NCBI RefSeq assembly: GCF_009914755.1 | Contig: NC_060926.1 | Source of the DNA: the human T2T-CHM13v2.0 reference genome, Homo sapiens | Direction: 5' to 3' (one strand) | DNA length: 64,000 bases | Shown: positions 27,657-48,538 of the stretch, piece by piece | Position numbering within the stretch: the stretch's first letter is position 1 | How the letters are laid out: the number at the start of each line of letters is the position of its first letter | Translations under genes and position numbers: made by a program | Notes under the pieces: generated by a model | Database searches by the model: none | The model's input: the letters and a program-made list of their open reading frames with translations, nothing else | What the model was told of the DNA's origin: nothing

Positions 27657-29610
27657 TAGGCATACCTCATTTTATTGCACTTTGCTTTATTGTGCTTTGT
27701 AGATATTTCAATTTTTATAAATTTGAGGTTTGGGAAAACCCTCTAGAAAGGCTATTGTCATGTCATCATCTTTTTACTAGCATGTGCTCACTTCATGTCT
27801 CTGTGTAACATTTTGGTAATTCAGGCAATATTTCAAACTTTTTTATATTATTATATCTGTTATGGTGATCTGTGATCGGTGATCTTTGATGTTAATATTG
27901 TAACTGCTTTGGGGTGCCATGAAGCATACCCGCATAAGATGGAGAACTTAATCAGTAAATGTTGTGTGTCTTCTGACACCTACACTGACCAGTCATTCCC
28001 CCATCTGTCTCCCGGTCCTTGGGCCACCCTATTCCCTGAGACACAACAATATTAAATTTAGGCCAATAAATAACCTTACAGTGGCCTCTACTCATTCAAG
28101 TGAAAAGTGTCAGGTTTCTCACTTTCAATAAAAGGCTAGAAAATAATCAAGTTTAGTGAGAAAAGCATATCAAACATCTAGATAGGCTGAAAGCTAAGCC
28201 TCTTGCATCAGTTAGTCAAATTGTGAATTCAAAAAAAAATTCCTGAAGGAAATCAAAAGTTCTACTCAAGTGAATACATGAATGATAAGAAAAAGAAATA
28301 GCCTTATTTCTAATATGGAGAGAGTTTCAGTGGCCTAGATAGATCAGACCAGCCACATTTCTTTAAGCCAAAGCCCAATCCAAAGCAAGGACCTAAATCT
28401 TCAATTCTATAAATGCTAAGAGAAGTGAGGAAGCTGCAGAAGAAATGTTTGAAATTAGGAGAAGTTGGTTCATAGTGTTGAAGGAAAGAAGCCTTCTCCA
28501 TTACATAAAAATGCAAGGTGAAGCAGCAAATGCTCATACAGAAGCTGCAGCAAGTTAACCAGAAGAGCTAACTAAGATTATTGATGAAGGTGGCTACACT
28601 AAAGAGATTTTCCATGTAGACAAAGCAGCCTTATATGGAACGAAGATGTCATCTAGGACTTTCATAGCTAGAGGAGAAAACAATGCGTGGCTTTAAAGCT
28701 TCAAAAGACAGGCTGACTCTCTTGTTAGAGGCTAATGTAGCTGATGAATTTAAGATTAAACTAATACTCATTTACCATCCTAGAAATCCTAGTACCTTGA
28801 AGGTTTATGCTGAATCTATTGTCTGTTCTCTATAAATGGAACAACAAATCCTAAATGACAGAACATATGTTTACAACACAGTTTACTGCATATGTTAATC
28901 CAGCCATAGAGTCCTACTTCTCAGATAAAAAAAAAAAAATCCTTTCAAAATATTACTTCCATTGGCAATGCACCTGGTCACCCAAGAGCTCTGATGGAGA
29001 TGTAGAAAGGAGATAAATCTAGTTTTCATGCCTGCTAACACAGCATCCATTCTAAGCCTATGGATCAAGTAATTTTAACTCTGAAGTCTTATTATGTAAG
29101 AACTATCCCTCATAAGGCTATAGTTGCCACAGATAGTGATTTTTTCTGATAGATCTGGGGAAAGTAAATTGAAAGCCTTCTAAAAATGGTTCACCATTCT
29201 AGATGACATTAAGAAAATTTCTGATTCATGGGAGGAGGTCAAAATATCAACACTAAAAGGAGTTTGGAAGAAGTTGACTCCAACCCTCACAGATGACATA
29301 GAGTGGTTTAAAACTTCGGAGGAGAAAGTATAAAACTTGACAGATGAGTTGCTTCTTATGGATGCATAAAGTTGTTTATTGAGATGGAATCTATTCCTGG
29401 TGAAGATGCTTTGAACGTTATTGAAATAACTACAAAAGATTTAGAATATTACATAAACTTAGTTGATAAAGCAGTGGCAGGATTTGAGAGGATTGACTCC
29501 AATTTTGAAAGTTCTACTGTAGGTAAAATGCTGTCAAACAGCATTGCATGCTACAGAGAAATATTTTGAGAGGAAGAGTCAATAGATTTAGCAACCACCA
29601 CCCTAATCCA
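27657..29610 (+). mobile_element. Tigger1 DNA transposon with degenerate pogo-like transposase, 3' truncated
   Basis: Left TIR taggcatacctcattttattgc after TA; transposase peptide [42 protein letters not shown]...; many stops and frameshifts. Confidence 0.93.
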
Positions 29611-32053
29611 CAATATAGTCAAAAATAAACAAAGACAGAGGAATATGTAAAAACTAGTTGGTAAGAGTTAAACACTAGATATAATCAGGACTTGAAGAAT
29701 TACGATTTTCATACTCCCCTAAATCTTATTGTACTCTGACCTAATGTCCATTCACCAACTTTTATGTGAACTATCCCGATTAGTAGTCAAACTGAAACCT
29801 AAATAATCATTTCAACTGAAAATCTTTGCTTCCATCACATTCCCTGTGAAATGTAAAGTTTGAAACTAGTCTCAGTATTGTGAAGAACTCTATAAAGACT
29901 CAAAAAATCATGTGTTTTACTGTGTGATACCCACATGCAACAGTGAGGGGGTGATGACTCAGAAAACCAAGTCCTTTGATGGAGTATGAACTTATGCTTA
30001 GATAAGAACAATTCAGGTCAGGATTAAAATTCATGTGGTAATGAGAACTTCAGTGTTCACTTCTCCCATTCTCATTACATACTGTTACCCTCCTTTCTAA
30101 AGCATTTTCTTTACAACATTCTTTTCCACTGGAAACAATTTCTTTGTTGGAGCCAAATGTCTAATTTATTTAAACGTTTAACACATTACCCCATTTTAAA
30201 GTACCTTGAGAGAGTGAGATGTTAAAGCCTAGAAATTGAGAGCAAAGTAGAAAATCCAAATTAAACAATCTGTTTAAGCCCAGTAGATTTATATATCTTT
30301 CTTTCAAATCTTTCTGGACTATTTTCTTTGAATATAAAGCTCTTCAAACATCCACAAATCTTACCTTCCACTATCTCAATATCTGTTAGAAATAACTCTC
30401 ATAAAAAATTTGTGTCTTAAAAAACTCATAACAAATTGCTGTGATAAGTATATTAAGTATCAATTTAGTATATTATGGTTTTGTATCTATTTTAATTACC
30501 TTTGTTGTTATCTCTATGAATTACATGCAATTAAAGATTAGAAAGTAAATATTTGCACTTTGGCATATTATTCTATTTCAGGAAAAAACTCTAGTATTTA
30601 TTTATTTGGTTGAATAAAAATGCACACCCCAAGCATTGCCTAATATTTTCAGAGGTCATGAAAAAATAACATCAGTGATAAACAACAACAACAAAAAACA
30701 GTGTTAGTGACTTTTACATAAGAATTAGTTTCAACCTAAATACCTGCTCCTCTAATTCATCTTGTTGTCTCAATTCTTTCATGCAAGTAGTTTTCATCTG
30801 AGTACCTGCAGCAAATCCAGAATTTGAAAATAATCAGATAGAACAGTGTGCAATTTAAGGTCCCAACGACAAGTACAGAAATGTTGTTTTATGCTTGAGG
30901 GAATTGTGCATAGACCATCTGCTGCCTTGGTGATTCCCATGATGCCTGTCAAAGCATGCATGCATGCATGAAGAAGCAGAGAATAAAAAGGGAGATATTC
31001 TCAGAGCAATTGGATCTGGCATCTAGGAAACCACAGCATCCACACTGGACATCAGTCAAACTAATAATTAAGCCCATGTGGTGTATTTTAGATCCACCTA
31101 CTGAATCCAGATTCTAAGAGAAGAATGCCATTGAGAGTTTTTAATATTCTAACGTCACTGTGCATTTCATGCAGCTTGAAGTAAGAGAAAAATTGAATAG
31201 ACCCTCTTGCCGTATTTGTACTGCATTATGAGACACAATGGAAATAACATGGAAAATGTAACTTTTACTAAAAGAGAAGGCTGTTTTACTAAGAGTCTGC
31301 AACACGATGGTCCCTGCTATCTTTGAACTTACTCCTAAAGCAGCACAAGATTTCTCTTTGCCTATTTATCATATAATAAAAGTACTTATGCTTAATAATA
31401 CCTGCAAACATTCAGGGTTTGACATGTGAGTAAAAGGCAAAACAAAACAGAGTATGTGACAGATTCATAGAATAGACATACAGAATTGGAAATTCTCTAC
31501 CCCCCAACAACAAAAAATAGTAAAAATTAGGAATTGCCAATTACATCTGTCCCCAATGGTATTTAGTAAGAGATTCTGGACTTGAACTACCTATGCAGGC
31601 CTTATTGTAAGTTATTTCTGGAAGTAGGTACAAAGGAAGAAAATAAAGTATTTACAAGTTTATCTACATGAGTTATTTGTCCCTAAAGAATGCCTTTTAA
31701 ATGTAAGAGTAATACTTTTATTCCAGAGGGCAATAATTCTATTTTTTAAACAGATTGTACTTCATATGTCCAGAAATTGTATTCTTGGAAGCTACTCACT
31801 AGAACTTATAACTAGAAATGATTCCTATATGGAAAATGGAAGCATGACAGAATGTGATGGGCTGCTGTTAGAGTTAGTACAACCCTCATAAGAGCATGCC
31901 ATTCTTATTAGTTGCATATTTGGTAGATATACATTAATTTATCTTTAAATAATAACCCAGGGTATTGATTCTTACAGTATTCATCCTTGAATTTAGCTAT
32001 GAATTGAACACAACTCAATATTTTCAATACCTTATTGGAGAACCTGATATTTA

Positions 32054-32430
<377 letters not shown>

Positions 32431-32584
32431 ATAGAATACATTCAAATATTATAACTACTGGAAATACTTATATTTCATGTCAAGGTACTGAACACCTTTA
32501 CATAAACGCAATAAATACTTAGTGAATACTGATTTTGTAACACAATTTGGGTGGTGAAATTAGGAAAGCATATGACTGGGAGAT

Positions 32585-32968
32585 TGTGGTAGATTCGATG
32601 ATAGGTTTGATAACATTGTTATCTCTTCCTGGGCACATAGAAAGATTATATTTCCTAACTTCTTTTCCAGGAAGGTCGAGCCAGGGACTGAGTTCCAGCC
32701 ATTGAGATTATAGGAGAAGTGAAGAGTGCCACTTCCAGACCTGGCAACTAAAAACATTCTCTGCAGTCTTATGACTTCCTCTTATTCTACTACAGTGACC
32801 TTGGAGTCCATGTGCTCCAGATGGCCTGGCTGCAAGATAAAGAAGGGCTAGCCAAAGTTCATTTGATTTTACAGGAGTGAGGATAAAAAATCTTTGTTTT
32901 ATGAAAGCATTAGGGCTTGGTCTTCTTTTTCTTTCTGCAGCATAGACAAGCCTATTCTGAATAATTCA
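32585..32968 (+). mobile_element. MLT1I/J-type solo LTR (ERVL-MaLR)
   Basis: tgtggtag start; gactgagttccagccattgaga...gccacttccagacctggc; ends cctattctgaataattca. Confidence 0.75.
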
Positions 32969-33546
32969 AAGAACTTTTCAAAATGCCGTAGAATCTTTTT
33001 AATACTGTCTCAAGCCCCTACTACAACTGTGATACTTTGGCTTCAATTATGAGTAATTCATGAATTTACAGGCTTTTCATGTCTAATGGTTCTCCATTTA
33101 TCTCCTTAGGAATAAGATAGTTGTATAAAAAAGCTTATTTTTGCCTTTAGGGTTTACCTAACCCCTTTCAAAAAAAATGGCCACATGATGAAAGAGTAAT
33201 GCTTATTAGTTGTCAAAAAATGCTATGAGATGGGCTTTTTGACGAAATTACCTAAGGAATTTTCCAGTTCTTCAAATTATTCCTCCATAGAAACACACAA
33301 AAGAATCACAGCTTAAGAATGGATGTGCACCTCAATGCCTGCCTAAATCATTTTTATTTATACTTGTAAATATTATTTGTTCATTTTTATCACAAGCTTA
33401 GTCCTATTCAAGAACTATGGAATTATTTCAGGTTAGTTATTTTTTATTTCTACCAAAGTAGAGTCATAGGACCTTCATCCTACGGAATCCACACTACATA
33501 TGGAACAGTGGCATTGCCATGTAAATAATTTTCAAAGGCATTTCTA

Positions 33547-33698
33547 AAAGTATGACTATGAAACCATTAATATATAATTATTAGAAGTTTTCAAGATTTA
33601 AAATATATATAATGTAATGTATCTAATATTATATGCAGGTATTAGACAATACTTGAGAATATGATTTTAATCATTGTATGGTTTCATAATCATACTTT
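33547..33698. repeat. Degenerate inverted repeat / hairpin (~150 bp)
   Basis: aaagtatgactatgaaaccat (33547-33567) pairs 20/21 with atggtttcataatcatacttt (33678-33698); two inner stems are also present. Confidence 0.85.
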
Positions 33699-34631
33699 GA
33701 AAATATAAATTTTAATATATTAATATTACTTATATTAATTTTCAGCTAAAATAAAATTAGGAGTCACCTAATATTTAAATACCTACTAAAGTACCCAGGG
33801 ACAACTTAACATAAGCTTCTCTGCTGATTAAAGGATTATGGTAGCTAAGGGAGCTGATATGTTATACATGCTGGGTAGTTTTGTTTCAAATAATAATGGA
33901 TTTTGTTTCTTTTAGTTCTTCTAGTTGACTCCCAGGATAGGGAACAGTCAGAATTATTAGTCTTTGACCTTGCATTTCATCTGCTTCATATTGTCTGACT
34001 GAACTCTGGGAAAGGCTCTGGGAGAGAGTAAAAAATTATGTTAGTGGACTAGTACACCTGCATTCAACCATATCTCTTCATAATTTGCTGTGCAATCTTA
34101 GAGAAAACTCACCTATTCTATCTTTTCAGTTACCTTGGGGATAAAAAGATTTGTTTCAAATCTAAATTTTTCTAACTATAGATTATTAGCTATTGTTAGG
34201 TCAATGTATGTTAGGAGCATAAAGGAAAGGGTTTTAATCTCTGGCATGAAAAAATTAAAGTTAAATTTACTAGGAAATAGTATCTATGAATTGAGAAGTA
34301 GATTATGAAGGATATTTTGAAAATCCTTTTCTTGAATTATTTTTGAAAGAGCGGAAACTCCTGTTCTAGAATTGTTTACATATGATCTTGCTAAAGTTCG
34401 GGGACTATTAAAGGTACTTTTCCAATCTGATTTCATAACTCTAGCAAATAATTTGATTTCTTTCTTGAACTTTGGAGTACTATATTTTAAAGTCAACTTT
34501 GTCCCCAGCAGTACCAAACTAGGGGTTTTAGTTTGAGCCTACTTTTTCATACACATATTATTTTACTTATCAATTTATTTATACAATTTTTCACTAATTC
34601 TGTGCTGAATATATAGTATGTTCCATTCACT

Positions 34632-35112
34632 TATGAGGACACTCTCACCCTAGCTCTTAGGAAATCCAGGTGTCCTGACCACACGGGTCCTGACCATTTC
34701 CTTGTCTTAGAACACGTACTTTAGAAAACTTGTAATTGTTAATACTTTCTCTGCTCCCTTGAAATGTAAATCTTCTTAAAGGCTTCTTGCCAGTTTTGCA
34801 ACCCAAGAATATCTTTCTCAAGTACCTGGAAGCCATCCCTTTGAAATGTAATCATCACGAATATAGAAAATAAGAGCCTAACTTAGGTGGAGGACTTGCT
34901 CCAAGTTTTAAAACTCTTGCCTGTCACAAAGATATGAGAAAGTTTACTCTTCCTTTGGGTAAAGTCAATTAGCAAACACTAAAAACTCTTCTGTCTTTTG
35001 TATCAATGGAATTGAGTTCATACTACCTTCTGGGCACTCTCCTCTATTGCAGTAGCTTTAAATAAAATTTTCCTTGCCTGTTTGACATTGTTCAGTGAAG
35101 TTTTTGCTTTCA
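34632..35112 (+). mobile_element. MER34/MER39-group solo LTR (ERV1)
   Basis: ttgccagttttgcaacccaagaatatctttctcaagtacctggaagccatccctttgaaatgtaatcatc; AATAAA near the end. Confidence 0.75.
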
Positions 35113-36664
35113 TAGGGTAGCCTAGATAGTCTCAAATAGACTTTTTCCAACTTTGGAACTTTATGTTTCTAGAAAAAGGGCCTTTTGCTTGAGTTGAATG
35201 CAAAGAAAGTAATACCTATTTTATGGGATATAAAAAAATCTAATGTGGTTTCAAATTTAGCAGAATTATAAGTTATTTGTCTTCATGCATTTACTAGTAC
35301 TCATTCAGCAGACTAATCTCCTCCACTGACCTAACAGTTTTCTAAAACTACTCTAGCATTCTATAACACTTCAACATCCTTTCAAGATGAAAGTCAAAGT
35401 TTTGCTACCAGCATTGGCACCACTTTTTTTCTTCTATCTTACTATTTCAGAATCATTAGAATGATCAGATATAAGCAATTTAAATTCATATAAATATGTA
35501 GCTCACATCTTAAGAATGTAGTGAGGTTGTAGTCAATAAGCTACTTCTATATTCCTGAAAACACAATTTTTCTTTAGTTAAGGAAAAATATAATTGACTG
35601 CCATATCATCAACTGTGTTTCTTTCCTTCAAGATTTACTGCTGTGACTTTAACTGATGCTTTGTCTCAAATTTTAGCACTGCTATCATTATAGATTGTAA
35701 ATATTTACTGAATTAATGTGAATGACTGAATTAAAGAATAAATGAATGAGAAATTTTGTAATTGTTTTCTCACATGGCATATCTTTCTGTAGTGATATAT
35801 TCCAATATAAATATCTGATATTCTTAGTAAGTATGTACCTTGCATATTTTTAAATGGCTACAGACATGGAAGATTTTTATAAATACAACTATGATCTAAA
35901 TTTTTGATGATGTACCATTCTTAAGTGTTATGGTTTCCATATAAATAATCTTTTACATTTTTCATTATATGAAAATATTCAAATCTAGAACAATATTAAA
36001 CCTATAATCTTCACATATGAACAAAAAGAAATTCTGCATGAAAACATCAAATAGTTTCCTCATTATTAATCACCTTACATTTTCAATATTATGTAACAAT
36101 GTCTCACTTAATAAGGAGGAAAAGAAATCATTTTTGTGATTCATAACAAGTAACCCTGCAGTTTCATCTAGTGATTATTCAGAGATCTGAAATTGCACTA
36201 CATAACTTTGTGTCAGTGTAATATATGATTCACAATGTAGGACACAATACAGAAAGATTTCAGGAAACTTAATTGACTAGAACTGCAGGTGACTTAGCAT
36301 GATGTTTTCTTAAAGTCCACCAAAAGCATTGTTTTCAGCTGCCTAAACATTCACAATGCAGTAATATAACTGATATAAAGAATGTGTTGGATGCCAAATG
36401 GTCTGAGGCTGCTTGCATATCACCTAGACAAAAATAAAGATCTTTCTAATTCTGCCTTGTTCCTCTAGGCTGTATGGCACAGTTACCATGGCTCCCAGGG
36501 CAAGAATGATAGGAGGGAAAGAGTGGTAGGAAATTGAAGCCACTGTTAGTGTTCTCAGAGTTTGTCTATTCTTCTCTCTCTCTCCAGCAGCAGAGAAAGA
36601 AGGGAAGCAGGCATTCTGTACAGCAGGAAAGGAATCCTTATGTACCTAAAAGAGCTCCAAAACA

Positions 36665-37006
<342 letters not shown>

Positions 37007-38086
37007 CTACATCAAAATGGCAATGGCATGTTTACATTTGCTTGTTTCTTTATCCTAAATAACAATTTAATAGCAAAACATGGAGTAAAGATATAATTCT
37101 GGCCACAATCCTAATAGAGAATTCAAGAAAATAAATCTATGAGTTGAATAGTGGAAAATTTATAGTAAATTACTTGTACCCTGATCTAAAGGCTTTTGGT
37201 TTTTTGATTATTTTGCTACTATAATGGTAAATGTTGCAAAATTGAAGCCTTTAAATCTGTGGTCTCACAAACTGAGGTATTTTTCTGTTACTGTGAATTA
37301 TCAGGGAAAAAATTTTCCTAAATCTTTAGGAATTCTAAAGCAATCTTCAGATCATCTGCTGCTACAGGACATTTAGAAAGTTTCTGTTGCAATTAAGTAT
37401 AAACTGCTCCATAAACTACATGCATGATTATTACATCTCTTTTATTTAATCAGATTGAGTTGAAAGCAGCTTGATTCTTCACATGCCAGATAAGCAAAGA
37501 TTTAAGTATTGTCTGTTTAAATATTTCAACTCTCTACAAAGTACCTTAATATCTGGAGTAGCTCACTCTATTCAACATTGAGCAGCTTGGGCAGGATTTC
37601 CCTCAGATTTCAACCTTGCTGCCTGCTTTCCCCACTGAGGAATATAGCCAATAGGGTTGTAATATTGCATCCATATTCCACCACCGTAGGTTTCTATATA
37701 GAGCCCAATCCCTAATGTACTTTGCTAGGGACTCTATATATCTCAGAACATTCCAAATACAAAAGGAGGATACTGAAAAGGAAACTTCAGAATATCATAC
37801 TCTAAAATACTACACTTAATTTACACTAAATGAAGTGGTGGAATAATCTCCATTTCTGACCCTAAGCTTGTCCCATGATTGTAAACTCAACTCGACCAAA
37901 CATTAAGGATAACTTGGTGGTGTTAACCAAGGAGATAAGAGATGAAATGGGTAATGCGATTGGGGAGGATCCAAAACAAAAAAAAGCTTTTTCACTCTTA
38001 TCTATTTCATCTACTAAGCTTTTGAGTATTATTTTCAATATGGTGTTCTACATTTAAAAAAACAGTTGCAAAACCATTCTAGTATA

Positions 38087-39144
38087 TGAATGTCTTCAAA
38101 AAGCTTGTGAAAATGCATATTTTGACAAAATACATGAATTTTAAATTATTTTTGCACCAAAATAAACTCATACTAACTTATTATGACATATATGAACAGG
38201 ATCTAGTTTGAGGCACTAAGAAAGATAAGACATCAGCTTGAAAAGACTCCCTGAGTTCAGAGCGACATGAATTCTGCTAAAGTCAAAGCAAAAACAAACA
38301 TCAAATTTATCGTGAAGCTTGGGAGGAAGAACAATGAAATCATTGATACTTTACAAAAAGTTTATGGAGACAATGCACTCTCCAAAATAAGCAGTTTACA
38401 AACGGATTACTCATTTCAAGAAGGGACCAGATAATGTTGAAGATGAAGCCCACAGTAGCATTGCATCTATACCAATTTCTTAGAAAAAATTAATTTTGTC
38501 TGTGCCCTAATGGAAGAGGACCTATGATTAACAGCAGAAACTGCGAACATCATCAACATCTCAATTGGTTCAGGTAGCACAATTATGACTGAAAAATTAA
38601 AGTTTAGCAAACTTTCTACCTGATGAGTGCCAAAAACCATTGCACCCAGATCAGCTGCAGTTAAGAGCAGAGCTTTCAATGCAAGTTTTAAACAAGTGGA
38701 ATAAAGATCCTGAGGCATTTCTTTGAAGAACTGCAAGAGGAGATAAAACATGGTTTTACCAGTATGATCCTTAAGACAAAGCACAATCAAAGCAATGGCT
38801 ACGAAGAGGTGGAAGTGTTTCAGTCAAAGCAAAAGTACCAGTCAAAAGCAAAGGTCCTGGCAGAGGGTTTTGGGATGCTCGAAGCATTTGCTTGTTGACT
38901 TTGTGGAGGGCCAAAGAACAATAACATCTGCTTATAATGAAAGTGTTTTGAGAAAGCCAACACTTTAGCAGAAAAACATGCAGGAAACCTTCAACAAAGA
39001 GTTCTTCACCACCACAATGCTCCTCTTCCTTCCTCTCATCAAACAAAGACAATTTTTGTAAGTGCTTATGTTGAAAAACAAAGCTAATTTTTTTATTTTC
39101 ATCTTGTAATTCCATTCTTCCGTGAACTTTCTGAAGTCCCCTCA
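38087..39144 (+). mobile_element. HSMAR2 mariner transposon, internally deleted, both TIRs present
   Basis: TA-flanked TIRs gtcttcaaaaagcttgtgaaaatg / cgtgaactttctgaagtcccctca; the transposase start MNSAKVKAKTNIKFIVKLGRKNNEIIDTLQKVYGDNA begins at ~38267. Confidence 0.92.
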
Positions 39145-39414
39145 TATAAAGAAAAAAATGTTAAATGAATTATATTGATATAATACTTAATGGTAATACA
39201 TTGCACATTCACTATCCAAATGTCATTACAATATCTACTTTATAGCTATCCAGAATAAATTATGTTGTTCTAGTAATTTTTTTAACGTAGCTCACATTAA
39301 CAAAGAGAATTCTATAAGTAGAAGATATAATTTATATTCTGATAAGGTTTTTATCTAAGTTTTAAATAAACTGATGATATGCTGCTGTAATTTTTAAATA
39401 CATTTTAATTATCA

Positions 39415-46478
<7,064 letters not shown>

Positions 46479-47401
46479 GGAAATTATTTTTAAAAGAAAT
46501 ATTTAATTTGTATCTAATTAATAATATAAATGGGAGAATTCTTGGCATGTTATTAATAAACTATTTCTTTTGGAATAAAAACAATAGCACAGTAAGCAAA
46601 TAATAATTCAATAATATTTTTAAGTCTCATGTTTTCAGGGAAATATTTTATAAGACTTGTACCATAGACAAGAACAGGTGGTAATAATTAGATTTTCCAT
46701 CTGCAGATTGCAAAGTCATCTGCAGGTTGGCTTTCACAAGTATTATAGCCAATATGTGGAAACCTATCAATTTTCAAATTATGCCAAATGGACCTTGACC
46801 AAATTCAAAGAGCCATGTAGGACCAATGTTTGATGTTTTTTAAAGCTTAAAGCAGATGACCATACCATTTGCACAACAAAATAGGACGTATGAACAGCAT
46901 GTGAGCAGCATTTATTTATTGAGTGGAAGAAGGGATCAGTTAATGACATCAGAGCACCTTTAAATCCCAGATTCTAAGTATCTAATTCCTCCGCAGATGT
47001 GACCCATTCAGAGTTAAGAGTGGTGCTTTTCTGTTTTTAACTGGAGCCTATTTCAACTTTTTCAGTTACCTATAGTTAAGTAGTATTATTCTCACATTGT
47101 GACTTGGATTGTTTTCTAGTATTATCACTCACCAGTTAGAACTGTGCTATATGCTAGCCTGATAATTTGCATTTTGTTTGGGAGTCTTTATGCCTTAGGG
47201 CTGCTTTGGCATAAAAGGGTCTCTATGCTCATCAAAAGAAGCATATCAATGAAACCACCCCCAACGAAATTTTATAAAATTGGTTAAGAAAATAAGATAA
47301 AATCTAACTAGGCTTACCCATTAAGCCAGCTTGCCCTTTGGCCCACTTTCTTCTAGTTAGTTGCTACTTACTACCCCATGATAGCAGAGCCCTTGTCACA
47401 A

Positions 47402-48147
47402 TGTGTCCAGAATTGGTTCCTTCCAGTGGGTTCTTGGTCTTGCTGACTTCAAGAATGAAGCCGTGGACCCTCACGATGAGTGTTACAGCTCTTAAAGATG
47501 GTGTGTCCAGAGTTTGTTCCCTCAGATGTTCAGATGTGTCCGGAGTTTCTTCCTTCCGGTGGGTTTGTGGACTTGCTGACTTCAGAAGTGAAGCCGCAGA
47601 CCTTCGCAGTGAGTGTTACAGCTCTTAAAGGTGGTGTGTCCGGAGTTGTTTGTTCCTCCCGGTGGGTTCGTGTTCTTGCTGACTTCGGGAATGAAGCCGC
47701 AGACCCTCGCGGTGAGTCTTACAGTTCATAAAGGTAGTGCAGACCCAAAGAGTGTGCACCATCAAGATTTATTATGAAGAGCGAAAGAACAAAGCTTCCA
47801 CAGCATGGAAGAGGACCCGAACCAGTTGCCACTGCTGGCATGGGTGGCCAGCTTTTATTCCCTTATTTGGCCCCACCCACGTCCTGCTGATTGGTCCATT
47901 TTACAGAGTGCTGATTGATGCGTTTACAAACCTTTAGCTAGACACAGAGTGCTGATTGGTGTGTTTTTACAGAGTGCTGATTGGTGCATTTACAAACCTT
48001 TAGCTAGACACAGAGCGCTGACTGGTGTGTTTACAAACCTTTAGCTAGACACAGAGCACTGATTGTTGCATTTACAAACCTTTAGCTAGACAGAAAAGTT
48101 CTCCAAGTCCCCACTCACCTCAGAAGTCCAGCTGGCTTCACCTCTCA
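47402..48147 (-). mobile_element. LTR12 (ERV9) solo LTR
   Basis: Termini tgtgtccagaattgg ... gctggcttcacctctca; exact 4-bp TSD acaa (47398-47401, 48148-48151); U3 tandem repeats and duplicated U5 units. Confidence 0.95.
47850..48092 (-). promoter_or_regulatory. LTR12 U3 enhancer/promoter tandem repeats with CCAAT (NF-Y) boxes
   Basis: Six 24-41-bp units based on cagagtgctgattggtgcatttacaaacctttagctagaca; intact ATTGG at 47890, 47955 and 47980; AATAAAA box on the minus strand at ~47853-47859. Confidence 0.7.
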
Positions 48148-48538
48148 ACAAGATCCTTTGTTCTTTTTCTGTTATATAGATAAAATCTAAGACATCATGA
48201 GATGGTAAGCTTTCTGTTTCAACTTCTTATTAAAGTTCTGCATACTAACAAAATTACAGACAGATGACAGCTAGTCTGGAGGGCCCAGTAAGAAACTGAC
48301 TCATGGAGAAACACTGGCCAATTGACAATCTCAAATTTTTTAGCCCCTCACCCTCCACAAATCCCCTTAAAAATCCTTGCCCAGAGTCCTTCAAATAAAC
48401 AGATTTGAGGCTTGAGAATTCCTCCCATTTCTTCACTCAGCATTTTGCTATTAATAAACTCTTTCTCTGCTGCAACCCCATGTAGTGTATTGGTCTGTTG
48501 CTGTGCAGCAGGCATAGAAAACTGGCAGTCCCGTAACA

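Noticed and set aside
38467-39145. 107-aa and 124-aa minus-strand ORFs
   Set aside because: Antisense to the decayed HSMAR2 transposase.
47884-48092. Regular direct repeats resembling a CRISPR array
   Set aside because: These are head-to-tail LTR12 U3 enhancer repeats without unique spacers, in eukaryotic DNA with no cas genes.
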